Shown here in pieces: positions 23,185-36,177 of a DNA stretch of 48,927 nucleotides. A model generated the notes under the pieces. It did not search any database and was not told where the DNA came from. It saw only the letters and a program-made list of their open reading frames with translations. Numbering within the stretch: the stretch's first letter is position 1; each line of letters starts with the position of its first letter. The DNA lies in the NCBI RefSeq assembly GCF_004010195.1, contig NC_057719.1:21919895-21968821 (forward strand), written 5' to 3'. The position numbers and the translations under genes are program-made. This stretch comes from Chiloscyllium plagiosum. Its lineage: Eukaryota.

Positions 23185-24272
23185 AGATGTCTACATAGTT
23201 TTCAGTAAGGCATTTGATAAGGTTCCGGAGAATAGATTGTTTGGCAAGGTTAGATCAAATGAAATACAGGGAGAACTAGCCATTTGGATACAAAGTTGGC
23301 TTAAAGGTAAGAGACAAAGGGTGATGGTGGAGGGTTGATTTTCAGGCTGGAGGCCTATGACCAGTGGATCAATGCTGGGTCCATTGCTTTTTGTCACTTA
23401 TATAAATGATTTGGATGTGATTATCGGAGGAATGGTTAGTAAGTTTGCAGATGACACCAAAAGTAGTGGACAACAATGAAGGTTACCGTAGAGTACAACA
23501 GGACCTTGAGATAGGCCAATGGGCTGAGGAGTGGCAAATAAAGTTTATTATAAATAAATAAGAGGTGCTGCATTTTGGTAAGGCAAATCAGGTCAGGGCT
23601 TATACACATTCTGGTAAGATCCTTAGGAATGTTGCCAAACAAAAAGTCTTTGCAATGCAGGTTCATAGTTTCTTGAAAGTCGAGTTGCAGGTTAATAGGG
23701 TCGTGAAGAAGGCATTTACTAGACTCGCCTTTATTAGTCAGTGCGTTGAGTATAGGAGTTGGGAGGTCATGTTGAGGCTGTACAGGACATTGTTTCAGCT
23801 GCTTATGGAATACTCCGTGCAATTCTGGTCTCCCTCTGAGACGAAAGATGTTGTGAAACTTGAAAAAATAGATTTACAAGGATGTTGCAGGGTTGGAGGG
23901 TTTGATCTATAGGAGACAATGAATAGGCTAGTTTTGTTGGAGCATTGGAAACTGAAGGGTACCTTATAGAAGTTTATAAAATCATGAGGGTGATGGATAG
24001 GAAGATAGTGAACGTGTTTTCCCCAGGCTATAGGATTAAAGGGCACAGGTTTAAAGTGAGGTGGAAAGATTTAAAAGGGACCTAAGGGGCAACTCAATCA
24101 CACAAAGGATGGTACATGGATGAATAAGTTGCTAGAGGATGTGGTGGAGTATTTGGATAGGTATATGAATAGGAATATGGGCTAAATGCTGGCAAATGGG
24201 ACGAGATTAATTTGGGATATCCAGTCGACATGGACAAGTTTCACATTGTACACCTCTATGACTGTATGACTA
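23185..24272 (+). mobile_element. CR1/HER1-type LINE, RT domain to 3' end, decayed
   Basis: DVYIVFSKAFDKVP...WIQSWLKGKRQRVMVEG, KFADDTK, LHFGKANQ...YSVQFWSP; (atgact) tail. Confidence 0.92.
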
Positions 24273-24463
24273 AGAATGGCATGAAAACAGAAAAAAAAAA
24301 CAATAACTTTAATAGTTATGTGATGTATTATCTTAGATAACCAGGAGCTGCATTACTTCCAGTTCTTATAAACACTGTTGAACCACGCATGGAGGTTTTG
24401 ATGCCAGAAGTTATCCTTTGTTAAAACTAAAATCTCTTATTCTATTCTTGGCCTTCTGGCTTA

Positions 24464-25815
24464 GGCCCAGAATTTGTGAGGAGTTTTGGCATTGAACTGT
24501 CAATGTTCACTCTCATCGTCCCATTGAGTCTGACCCCACCTTCAGGATTTAGCGCAAACACAGCTTAAAGTGGAAATTCTAAGGTTATGGCCTGTCATTC
24601 AGTGCTCTGGGTCCACACTCACTCCAAGTCCAGCAATCATTGAAATTATTTGATGCAATGTATCTTTGTACTTTTCCACTTCCACATCTAAATAAAAGTG
24701 AAATGTAACTGGATTTTTTTAACAATGTTCTGAGTAGTGTTATGAAGATTTAGGTGTACTGTATCTTTAAGAGAGTTAAAAGCTAGCAGAACTACATGAC
24801 AGCACCAAGTGTTCTAAACAAGATATAACGTAACATGTGGCTCAGTAGCTAGGGTAGCTGGTTGCCTGGAAACGACAAAACAGGTTTGAATTAGGTCAAT
24901 CAGTTTAAATTATACCCCCAAAAATACCAAACTCCAATCAAGTTTGAAGTTAGTACATTCACAATCTTAAAAGCCAATGACATAATCTGATGCTTTGAGG
25001 GTATAACACCGGGGAAAATTGAACAATGGGGAGGACAACTGCCAAGCCACCAGCATCTGCTGACTGCCCGGAGAATAGCTCTCTTAAAGGTAACTTTATC
25101 GATCAATAACCTGTGAAGCAGAAATCCCAAAGAAGAAACAAAGAAGATGGAGGAAGAGAAGATTCAACATCTGTCTGGTTTTTTTGAAAACTTGAATTTC
25201 GGAAGATCTTAATCGGGTGTTTTATCAGACTAGCATTGTAGAAGGGGAAAGTAAAAGATAGGTTGGAAGAAGGAGTTGTAAATAGTTGTTAGTTAATTAT
25301 TCTCTGCTGTACCTTAAGAAATAAAGTTGTTAATTTTTACTTCAAAATAGTTCCTGGCCTCTTGAATTTTCATAGATTACTGCGCAGGATCAATCTTTTC
25401 TGTGTTGCTGGTTTAAATTAAGCAGGAGGGTTTACCCCGTGTAGTAACAATACAATTAACACTAAACAATAGATATGACTCTGAAAAGTAAATTTATGTG
25501 GATGAAATGCTGACAAATTTCACAGATCTTTAGATCAGATTTTCTGAATAATCATATCTTTTTAAAGTTAGCTCATGATTTTCGAGATTCTACCTTCCCC
25601 TCATGTAGAGATTGAAATCTTTATTTCACACTGTAAATTTTCTAAAAATGATCATTGATCATGATTGGTGGTCCATAAGAACTCTTTAATGTAATTGGCT
25701 ACGTAGGAAGCTTGTTGACTTCACTGCAACTCCAAGACAGAAAGCCCCATTAAACAATACTGCAATCAAATGCATGCCAAAAGGGAACATTCTCTGCCAA
25801 ATCGCAAAATCTTTC
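24464..25815. mobile_element. Possible old non-autonomous DNA element (Harbinger-like 5' end tta|ggcccagaattt) hosting the solo LTR
   Basis: GGCC start after TTA; the flanks of the LTR read as one AT-rich element; the right terminus is not clearly identifiable. Confidence 0.25.
24738..25449 (+). mobile_element. Solo LTR (LTR retrotransposon, probably Gypsy-type), 712 bp
   Basis: Termini TGTTAT...GTAACA (short inverted repeat), several CCAAT motifs, gggtataa TATA-like box near 25000, AATAAA near 25320; flanks gtag/atac match only 2/4. Confidence 0.7.
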
Positions 25816-26026
25816 AGATCAACTTCCTTTGAGATATGCTTGATCACCACTGTTTCATCATTTACCAAAAACCATGGGGCATAATCATTATCACTCTCAT
25901 GAACTTTATCATATTTATTTTCTTCCTCATTTTGGTTTCTACATTGTGACTAGTTTTAACCAGGTATCAATACATTTATTGCAGGTCACATTTTTTAGCT
26001 TCATATTCATATGGAATGTGCTTTCA

Positions 26027-26362
26027 TAGAACATAGAACAATACAGTGCAGAACAGGCCCTTCCATGTTGGATTTTGTGCCAACCTGTGAACTAATCCAA
26101 GCCCATTCCCCTGACACTATCCCATCATCATCCACGTGCTTATCCAAGGATTGTTTAAATCTCCCTAATGTGGCTGAATTAACTACATTGGCAGGCAGGG
26201 CATTCCACACCCTGACCACTCTCTGAGTAAAGAACCTGTCTCTGACATCTGTCAGAAATCTATCACCATTCAATTTGTAGCTATGCCCCCTCATACAAGC
26301 TGACGTCATCATCCAAGGAAAAAGATTTTCACTGTCCGCCCTATCAAATTCTCTAATCATCT
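26027..26362 (-). mobile_element. CR1 LINE 3' fragment
   Basis: KMIREFDRADSENLFP...RGHSYKL...RFFTQRVVRVWNALP; (catagaa)2 tail. Confidence 0.9.
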
Positions 26363-27744
26363 TCATTTGGCTCAGTTAAGAATTGGGAACATAGTAGCCT
26401 AGATAAATGACTGGCAGTTTTGAAACTATGTTGGTTTTCACACTGGACACTTGGACTTGCACTGTTTATTATGGAGTAACTTAGAGAGTAAAGAGCTTTC
26501 AGTTGTAATTTGTCCACAATTATTGACTTTTTGGGCATAGGCTTTGCACAGGGATTACGGAGATTTCTATAATTTCCTGGATGAGCTGACAGCACCATTT
26601 GGCTCTAAAATTAATTTAAAATATGTTGTATAATCAATAATTTTTTTGCAAGCATACTATTTCTCAAAAGTTAGATCAGCAGGCCTTTTAGAAGGTGTCA
26701 ATATTTTTAGCAGTCCCCCGCACAGAAGAAGTTTGATAACTGGTGGGAAGTGTCTACCATTACTTGTTCCTGTGAATATCTATTTTGTACTGTGTACAAG
26801 CTGGTGTTGTTTTGAATCCCATTTTATTTCCTTGCACATGAGCTAGTTTGCATAAGCATCTTTGCAAATAATGAATGCATTAAAATAATTATACCTAAAT
26901 TGGTAAGGCAGATGATGGATGGGTTGCTTGGAGGGATATATTTGATTTACAGACACAATGGAGAATAGAAAACCAAATGATGCTTTTTTCTGCCATCATT
27001 TTCAAGCCCTTTCCTCAGGGCTGTGAGTAAGTGATTGAGCACGTATCGAAACATGAGCAACTCCCAAGAAAGCAGAGATTCCTACTCTCCTTTGCTTCTG
27101 CTGGTACAAGATAGTTTGTGAAATATGGAACATCATTACCCACGTACTTGTTCACCTTCCAAAACCTTAGCAGAGGTCATTCATTTCATTCAAGTTGCTG
27201 TTTACGACAAGCAATAGCTTGTACTGCTGGTTACTAGGTAATCATTGCCCCTAGCTGTCAAACGTCTTGTCAAAACAATCTTCCAATGAAAGGAGTGGAT
27301 GAGGGGGGGGAGTTAGGAGGAAGTGACACCTGAGGTCAAGAATTTTATGTGGATTCCATCACAATCAGATAAGGTTATTCTTTTAAATCATGTTTGCCTT
27401 CGGCTTTTTTTGCCGCAGTTGATAGTCTTTATGAAGTTAAACCACAATGATGTACTGTATCTAATGGCATCCTGTTTAACTATGGTTCATTTGCCTTCAT
27501 ACTAAAGGATTGGTGCTCTGTGTGGTGAAAGATGAATCCTTCAGAATTGTCCTTCATTATTACACAGGTGGAGATTTTTAAAAAATGTGAGTCTAAATAC
27601 ATAATCTGTATGACAGCTTAAAAAAAAGGCTTACTTTAGAAAAGTCACCATGTTGCCTAAATCGACAATACTAACTTACATTAATGCAGCTCCTTCAACA
27701 TAGAAAATATTTCAAGACTACTAACAAGAGCAGAATCAACCAGC

Positions 27745-28725
27745 TTGCCACTGGTTGGTGCCACGTTTAGCATAAAAGGAAGTAGTTGTCATTGTTGAAG
27801 GTCAATCCCTGGGTCACATCTGCAAAACTCCTGGATTCAACCACTCTCACTCTAAGGTGAGAAGTTGGGATGTTTGCTGATGACTATGAAATATTCAGTA
27901 TGATCCACAACCCCTCAGACAAGATAGCAGTCCAAGCCTACCATTGGCAAGATATGGACAACATTTAGCCTTAGGCTGAGAAATGGCAAGTTACCCTAAT
28001 TCCACATGAATACCAAACAATGACCATCTACAATACAAAATAATCTAACTGTCTCCCTTCAACATTAAATATCATTACAATGGAAGCTTCAATCATCAAC
28101 ATTTTGGGACAGTTAACATTGACCAAAAATTGAACTTGACCAACAGCATAAATGCTTTGGCTTTACAAGCAGCTCAGTGGCTGAAAGCTCTGGAGTAACT
28201 AATCAATCTCTAATTCCCCAAATGCTACTCACTGTTGATAAGGCAATGTCAGGAATATAGTGGAATCTTCTCTACTTGCCTGGATGTATGCAGTTCCTAA
28301 AACATTAAAGAAGGTAAATGCCATCCAAGATGAAGTAGCCTGCTTTACCGGTGAGCCATCCACCATCTCCATCACCAACACACTCTGGCAGTTGCAATGT
28401 GTATCATATACAAGATGTACTGCAGCAAATCACTGAGGCTCATCTGATGGCACCCTCCAATGCTAAGAGCTCTACCACCAAGAGGCAGCAGACACATTGG
28501 AACCTGAACATGGTGGAGTTCCCATCTAGATGTCATCGTGTCTTTGAGCTTTATTGCAGTTTCGTTATTGTCATTGAGTCAAAATCCTGGACCTCTTTTG
28601 CTAACAGCAGTATGGGTTACAGCAGCACCACATAGACAGTAGTGGTTCAAGAAAGCAACTTACCACCACCTTCTCAAGGGCAATTATAGATGGACAACAA
28701 AAGCTCATATTCCATGAATGAATAG
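27745..28725 (+). mobile_element. L2/Crack-like LINE, RT C-terminus + 3' tail, decayed
   Basis: atgtttgctgatgac (MFADD) near 27870; colinear with 42420-43230; tail accaccaccttctcaagggcaatt...catgaatgaat. Confidence 0.8.
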
Positions 28726-29199
28726 AAATAAAGCTATACACAGAATAATCTGCCTTCGGCAGTGCCTCATGATTTTCTGCAACAGAAGTTTGTAAATATG
28801 TTTTTTCTTAATCTGCAACTCAAAAATTCACGGATACAACTGTCCAAGCAAAGATTACTAATGCTCAACTTCTATAACACTGGAACCTCCTATCACCTTA
28901 AGAAGACATCACAGAAATCAGCCACATGTTCATTCACTGCTCTATTCAATTCCTGCAAATTGAAAGATTTATTGTTCCAAGACTGTGAAAATGCTATTTA
29001 AATGATTCTTAATGCATGTTAAAAGTGTGATTGCTTGGGAGCATCAAAAGACATCTCTTCTGAGATACTCAAAGTTCAGAAATTTGGTTGAGGGAACAAA
29101 TGTTGATTGTGGCTTTTCAGGGAGACAGCATAGGTACTGCTGGAGTGGACACCACAGAGAAAGAGACACTTGGTAAAATAAGATTCTCACTAATTATCA

Positions 29200-29860
29200 A
29201 TAGATTGAATAATGGTATATCAAATTTTGGAACACAAGGAAAAAAGTCACAATTTGTCCCAGAGAGAGTCATCAAAGTTCTGACAGTGTGCTGAATAATT
29301 TTGCTACAGCCAGAGGTTATCATAAAACATAGTCACAAATAGTGGAAGACAAGGAGGAGAAGAATTCTTCCTCTTTGTGGCTATTCAAGAGTTCTTGACA
29401 AAATAAAAAGGCTCTTGTCGATCTGTAGAATGGACCAATAGAATTGTGCATCATTTATCTTCTCACCACTGGTACTGGAAAATTGCCAAATGTGTTCCCC
29501 AGCTAGCAGAACAGCGTCCAATTTTTTCTGGATAGGGGAATAGTTTAGCATCAATTTGCAGGCTTACTTGTAAATTATATCAAAAGAGACTTGGCTGTCC
29601 AATTGTGTCTTATCCCCTCTCCACTGATTTTGCAAACATTTTTCAGGTCAGAATCAGTTAGTTGAAACCAACTCTAAAATGCCTTAAATTTAAGAGGCAA
29701 TTCATCATCTGAAACAGAATTGGATAAGCTTTTTCCAAGAAGGGATATGGAAGGATATGAGAAAGAGAACTGGGAATTAGAGCAGGAAATGTAGTTGTAG
29801 AGCTGACAGTGGTGCACGATTGGTGGGACAAATGACTTTTTATCCAGTGACTATGATTTC
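29200..29860 (+). mobile_element. Very old CR1 relic
   Basis: CR1-like 3' UTR remnant (ggatatggaaggatatgag...aaatgac...ctatgatttc). Confidence 0.4.
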
Positions 29861-30454
29861 AGCAAGTACTTAAATGTGATTAATTTGTCCTTTGGACAAT
29901 TAACAGTTCTGCTTTCACAATAAAATATGCAATAAGAGTTTCATGATATGTTTTGTTCACTGAGCATAGAGAGCTTTCTCATGCTTTTGTCTGAAACTGG
30001 GTCCAGTACCAGATCCCTGTGGTGCACAGTTCTTCATATTATCCTACTTGTCGTGGGTGGACATGCTGGGAGATTTCGGGTTCCTTAGTGCCAGTGCTAT
30101 ATTTGAAGTCCAGCTATGCATCTGGTCTTGTGCTGCCAGTCTGGAGTTGCCTTTTACCATACATCTTCGTGGGAGAGCAACTACAAACTAATGCTTCTCA
30201 TTCCACATAGGAGGTAGAGCTGACAGTTCATTGAACATAGAATTGCACAACCTTACTGTTATGAAAAGACAAATTGAAAGTTCTGATGGTGCCACTTTCT
30301 GCAGGGTGAGGGGGTCCTCAGATGTCCACCTTTTCCCTCAACCAAAGATTGCTTGCTCCTTTGTTTGGATGGCAGTGTTCACTGTGTTGGACCCATCTCT
30401 TGCACTTCTGCCCTCACTTCCTCACTTCCCTTCCACAATTCTGATCCGGTTCTG

Positions 30455-31736
30455 AAATCAAAAAATACTGAAAATCACAGCAAGTCAGGCAGCATCCACA
30501 GAGGGAGAGCAAACTAATGTTTTGAGTCTAGATGACTCTTCATCAGAGCTCCCCGCTATCCAAAGCCCTAGCCACACTTTCCTATTAAAGCAGCAATTGA
30601 CCTGTGCTTCATTCAATCTAGTCTGCTGTACACGCTGCTCACAATCTGGTCTTCTCTACACTGGGGAGATGAAACATAACCTGCGTGTCTGCTTTGTAGA
30701 ACATTTACACACTGTCCACAAAAACCACCCTGATTTTCTGGTTGTCTGCCACTTCAACACACCACCATGTTTCCTGGCCAACATTTCTGTGTCTGGCCTG
30801 CCTCAGAGCTCAGCACAAGCTCGAAGAACAGCATCTTGTTTTCCAATTGGCGACCCTGTAGCTTTCAGGACTTAATACCAAATGCACTTGAGGGCCTGAA
30901 CACCTTCTTCTATGTTATTTACCCACATCCACACCCCAGCCCCAGTCATTGCATGGTTTGCTTCTGGAAAGGTAAAAACAAGGACTGCAGATGCTGGAAC
31001 CAGATTCTGGATTAGAGTGGTGCTGGAAAAGCACAGCAGGTCAGGCAGCATCCGAGGAGCAGGAAAATCGACATTTCAGGCAAAAGCCCTTCATCAGGAA
31101 TACAGGCAGAGTGCCTGGAGGGTGGAGAGATAAATGAGAGGAGGGTGGGGTGGGGAGAAAGTAGCATAGAGTACAATAGATGAATGGGGGTGGGGATGAA
31201 GGTGATAGGTCAGAGAGGAGGGTGGAGTGGATAGGTGAAAAGGAAGATAGGCAGGTAGGACAGGTCATGGGGACAGTGCTGAGCTGGAAGTTTGGAACTG
31301 GGGTGAGGTGGGAGAAGGGGAAATGAGGAAACTGGTGAAGTCCACATTGATGCCCGAGGGTTGAAGCGTTCTGAGGCGGAAGATGAGGCGTTCTTCCTCC
31401 AGGCATCAGGTGGTGAGGGAGCAGCGGTGAAGGAGGTCCAGGACTTCCATGTCTTCAGGAAAGCCAATTCATTCTCAACTACTTCTGGTCTCCATTAGTC
31501 ACTTTTCTTACTTTCTGGCTTACCATTATCCATCTCTGTCTAACTACCTTTCTCTCCATCTGGGCTCTGTTTTCACTATTGTTTACTACCGCACCACTGT
31601 CTTCAACACATAAACCTCTTTTTCTGAGCTGCTATCAGTTCTGAAGAAGGGCCAATGGACCCAAAACATTAACTCCGCTTTCTCTCCACAGATGCTGGCT
31701 GACCTGCTGAGTTTCTCCAGCAATTTCTGTTTTTGC
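30455..31736 (+). mobile_element. PLE (GIY-YIG remnant) with an inverted 5' terminal repeat, interrupted by another PLE
   Basis: QQLTCASFNLVCCTRCSQSGLLYTGEMKHNLRVCFVEHL; inverted termini; mutated hammerheads at about 30517-30546 (-) and 31641-31671 (+). Confidence 0.85.
30972..31452 (-). mobile_element. PLE 3' fragment (family A-related) nested in a PLE
   Basis: GIY-YIG C-terminus, purine-rich UTR on +, hammerhead motif 31070-31097 (-); duplication cttctggaaag (30961-30971) / cttcaggaaag (31453-31463). Confidence 0.88.
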
Positions 31737-32070
31737 TATCTTGCAGTTATTGCTACTTAAGGGCCAAGCCACACAGCTTATCTGTCCTTCGATTCATCCC
31801 ATCTCATGACTCTAAGTGAATGCTGCTCTTTCCCCAGTGCCAAAGTGTAACCTAACATTTTCTCCTTCTATGTCTGACCATCACATACAGCAAAAACATC
31901 AAATGGTTACAAATAAAATCACTTTTATTCAGCAACAGCAAAAGTGAACAAAACTAAAATGGACAGAAGCTGTATTTGTCTCTAGAAACAGAAAAGTGCT
32001 GCTTGTCTTTCAAGCACTCGCACAAACTTAAACAATGAATGAACACTGCACTCAACTCACGTTTCCTGGA

Positions 32071-32200
32071 TGTCAATGAAGTCGTGCTTGGTTTGTTGCG
32101 CTTCATACTGCTGTACTCTATCAGGAAGAAGATGATGTTCCTCCTGCACAAATCCTTATCTTCCTCCTTGGAAAGCTGCTGCCACTGTCTCAGCTCTTCA
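32071..32200 (-). pseudogene. Possible Myb/SANT-like (Harbinger ORF) remnant ending at a GTGAGT donor
   Basis: QLSKEEDKDLCRRNIIFF...SLTSRK|gtgagt loosely resembles the Harbinger Myb/SANT first exon. Confidence 0.25.
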
Positions 32201-32639
32201 GAGTTTATCATATCCCTTTGCTGTGCTAGGATTATATGACATGGTCTGTTTGGAGTGTTCTGCAAGGTGCCCTCCCTAACTGATTGAAGCCTCAGAATAC
32301 AATCTTCAGGTGGCATATCATCTTTTCCATGTGGCTCTGAGTGAAAAATAGACTATATCATATCTATGCTTAACCTCGGTCAGGGTGTTGTGGTCACAGC
32401 CAGTTTACATCTGCAGTGCACATTTACAATTGCATGAGTATGGAAGGCAAAGCAAGGCAAGCCTGGCAGTGTGAGTGTCAGTCTCAATACAATAATCAAA
32501 GGCTGGCAAATCTCCATGTGCCTTTCATCCAGACACTCCCTGTTGAGTCTATCAGTACTGATCCTCCCAACATTCCTAAACACCACTTAGAATTAAGTCT
32601 TTAGCTGTGAATGCTACTGCCAAGCCCAGTTTTATTCAT

Positions 32640-32800
32640 GTCCAATATTATGCTGCACTGTCCTCCCATTGAGGCCACAGTTGCTGACTCTTGACAACCA
32701 CCCATCATCCCATGTCTTCCTTTTGTATGTTGAATATTCCCCACTTCACAATTATTTTCCTCTCTCCATCCCAGCTCCAGTCGCTGGAATTGCGTTTCTC
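32640..32800 (-). pseudogene. Myb/SANT-like DNA-binding domain remnant (Harbinger/NAIF1-MSANTD type)
   Basis: Manual translation: KRNSSD.EL... then, after frameshifts, YKRKTWDDGWLSRVSNCGLNGRTVQH, matching the K-x-x-W...V-S-x-C...R-T-x-x-Q pattern. Confidence 0.4.
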
Positions 32801-33305
32801 CACTTGCCTACTGCAGCAGTAGCCCCTGATAACAACCCTTGATTTTCATTGAAAGATGTAAAATACTATCCAGCACATATCTACCCTGATGACTGATCAT
32901 TGCTGGCAACCATGATAAGTTCTCTGACTTTGTGTGTGCGCTAAAAGGCAAGTCAAGACACAAGTATGCTTTTAACTTCTGGCTGAAGGGGCAAAGTACA
33001 AAATGGCATGGTCAGACAAGGCAAGGCAGGATTGCTGAGAGGATTGCATGAAATGAGTGAGCACTGAGACACTAAGTGAGCTGTCCTGAGACACTCACTG
33101 GTCAAATTTATGCAATGGATCCCTGACTCTGTGTGCAAAATATGGTGGTAGCTGCCATATAATTAAAGATGTGCAGCATTGAAGTGCAATATTGAAATAT
33201 TATAAGTGGGTCAGTAATAGTGCCACTGAGGTTAGCTTTTCTCAGATGCCAAGGATGTGGATGTGATGTAGATGCTGATCATTGAGTATACCCTGAGATA
33301 TTAGT

Positions 33306-33785
33306 AAGGTAAAAACAATGACTGCAGATGCTGGAAACTAGATTCTGGATTAGTGGTGCTGGAAGAGCACAGCAGTTCAGGCAGCATCCAAGGAGCTTTG
33401 AAATCGATGTTTCGGGCAAAAGCCCTTCATCAGGAATAAAGGCAGTGAGCCTGAAGCGTGGATAAATAAGCGACATTTCCGCCACTTCCAAACAGACCCC
33501 ACCACCAGGGATATATTTCCCTCCCCACTCCTTTTCGCCTTCCGCAAAGACCGTTCCCTCCGTGACTACCTGGTCAGGTCCACGCCCCCCTACAACCCAC
33601 CCTCCCATCCTGACACTTTCCCCTGCCACCGCAGGAACTGTAAAACCTGCGCCCACACCTCCTCCCTCACCTCTATCCAAGGCCCTAAAGGAGCCTTCCA
33701 CATCCATCAAAGTTTTACTTGCACATCCACTAATATCATTTATTGTATCCGGTGATCCCGATGCAGTCTCCTCTACATTGGGGAA
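33306..33785. mobile_element. PLE (family A-related): minus-oriented terminal repeat joined to a plus-oriented linker/GIY-YIG fragment
   Basis: RHFRHFQTDPTTRDIFPSP..FRKDRSLRDYLVRS...CHRRNCKTC..TCTSTNIIYCI...LLYIGE; hammerhead motif 33406-33433 (-) CTGATGA-A-GGGC tttt GCCC-GAAA-CA-TC. Confidence 0.9.
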
Positions 33786-34103
33786 ATTAGGTAATAATAA
33801 GCTGTTAATGCATGCTAATGTATAAAAGCTAATCTGCCATGAATCCTTGACAGGAATCTCATTTCACTGTTCAACACTTGGGTAGAAATAAAACATTTTG
33901 TTCTGGTTGAAGCTTCTTACTAATCTCATCAGATTTTCCCAAGTCTCTGACCAAAGCCCATGTTGTTGAGTTCCTGGGAAGATTTTACCCTGAATTATGA
34001 ATGAGACAGATTTCTTGAAGATTATTAACAATGCTAATTATTTACACTGTTATGAGATTTGTGTCTTACATATGGTGTGATGACAGGCTTGCTGATAGTA
34101 CAG

Positions 34104-34191
34104 GGTCAATAGGTGGTGGGAAAAAAAACAGCAGGTCAGGCAGCATCTGAGGAGCAAGAGAGTTGACATTTTAGGCTTAACCTTTCATCAG
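34104..34191 (-). mobile_element. PLE family-A terminal fragment
   Basis: cagcaggtcaggcagcatctgaggagc...ttcatcagg; 18-bp duplication ggcttgctgatagtacag (34086-34103) / ggctggctgatagtacag (34192-34209). Confidence 0.8.
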
Positions 34192-36177
34192 GGCTGGCTG
34201 ATAGTACAGCTACATCATATGAGTGTAACACTAGACACAATTGACTGACTACACAGATAGATTTGCATTGTGATCTCTGAAGATGAGGTGAGGACCTTTG
34301 CATTGGCACATTACATGCTCTGATATCATCGAATCATTCAAAATGTTTGCTGTCTTTCTGGGATCTATGCAATAATGTTATGTAAGTATACCTTGTGTTC
34401 ATTGTTATTTTGAATACATGAACTTACCAGCATCAAACTTAGAAGAAAGTTACTGCAGACAATGGGCCACCTAACTTCAAATTATATTAGAGGAGAATTA
34501 TCAAATTGAGTTGAAAAAAGTGGAAAAAATGTAGAATTAGTGAACTGAAGCAGCTTTTATCCACCTTACGGTATGCCAATAAACCTTTGTCAATCCCAAT
34601 GGCCATAGGAAATAAACAAGATTATAAAGATTTCAAATTGATTTACGTAAGCAAGTAATTCTTGCATTGAACCACAGTTGCCAGGAGCACATACCTGTAT
34701 TGAGCAATCATAGGCACGGTCCTTGTGAGCTTTTTTGTTAATCAATACTTCTGAGGGCGGCACTAATGTTTTCCCAGTCAAATCCTACGCTCAAGGCTAT
34801 GTGCCACAAAGCCAAGTTTGGAAAAAAAATATATTTTGCACAAACTATAGAATTATCAGGAGAGATAAATTGAGGAACAGGATTGCCACGGAAGACTAGT
34901 TGCCAGTGAGCCAACTTTCCAAACAATAGTGCCTCAGTTAAATGGATCATGTGCTTGGGTCAACAGATTGCAGGATATGTGCCAGGAACTCGACTGGTAG
35001 ATGAAGAGGGAACGGAAGCAAAGACAGCCAAGAACAAATTGGAAAAGCTCTTGTGTTCAATGTCACAGAAAAGGTATCACTTAGGAAGTGGTGCAAAAAC
35101 TTGTTGGAAAAAACATGTTGGAGTGGAAAAGGGTGTACCCAGATGATTTACCCTTTGAGTCCTGAACCTCTGTGGTCTTAGACTGGTGTCCTATTTTAAA
35201 GTGCATCTGGCTAAGGATGTAGAGATTTGTTGTTCATACATTTGGTGGGGCAATAGATTCAGTTGATCCATCAGACTCTAAAGTTGTTTTCCTCTAATCA
35301 TGTTAACGCGAACCCACTTTACATCCAAAAGCTCAGTCCAAAGTCATTTGTGAGGTTAAAATATTTGATGCAACAAAAAAATCAGGTTTTCTTCCTGATG
35401 TCTTAATTTGCCTAACATGCAGACAATAGCTCAAACTCAAAATAATCTGTGTGACACACTTCAAGACATTGAGATGTTGCATGGTGCTACAAAGATACAA
35501 TTTGTTTTCAGCTCGTTTGCAACTGACTGAATAGTGAAGCAGATCACTGATACATTGTTCAATGGGCAGACAATTTAATTGCAATTAGATTGAAAATACT
35601 GCAAAGCCACAAATCAACTCCAACCCTCTCCCTCTAAAATTCCATATCACTGAGACGAGTTGCTCACCATCGATTCACACGATTACTGGGATCACCTATT
35701 TTATCTTTGTCAATGATATACATTGCTTAAGCTTATCTGCAGCTGAAGCTTGTGCACATACTTCTGTTTATCGTTAGACTTTGCATCCTGAAGTTTACAA
35801 CCGAACACACATGCTTTCAGTGGCAGTGGGGTGAGGGAATGTGGTATCGGAAGGGTGAGCAACATGTTAAATATGTAAGGTGGCTAGCCCAGCACCTTCC
35901 TGTTCACCCTGACCCAAATGCTATGAAACTGAGGTACAGAGACCCTGCCTTTAGGCCTGTCAGGGCAATTAATCTCCACTTAAGACCTCCAATATACCTT
36001 TATTACGATAAGGTGGGAAGATTGAAAAGAGTGATTTCTCACCCAAGGTAGAAGGTAGGAAGGAAGGGATTGGAATGGATGCTTTCTTTATGGAGATGCC
36101 ACAAACCCTCTCTCCACCCACAAGATTGTACACTTTTTTTTAATCTCCTACTTGGACTTCAATATTCAACCCCATAA

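Noticed and set aside
34698..34787. Minus-strand 90-nt exon DLTGKTLVPPSEVLINKKAHKDRAYDCSIQ
   Set aside because: The donor is good but the acceptor lacks a pyrimidine tract, the peptide is unrecognised, and the phase is incompatible with the 27-nt candidate.
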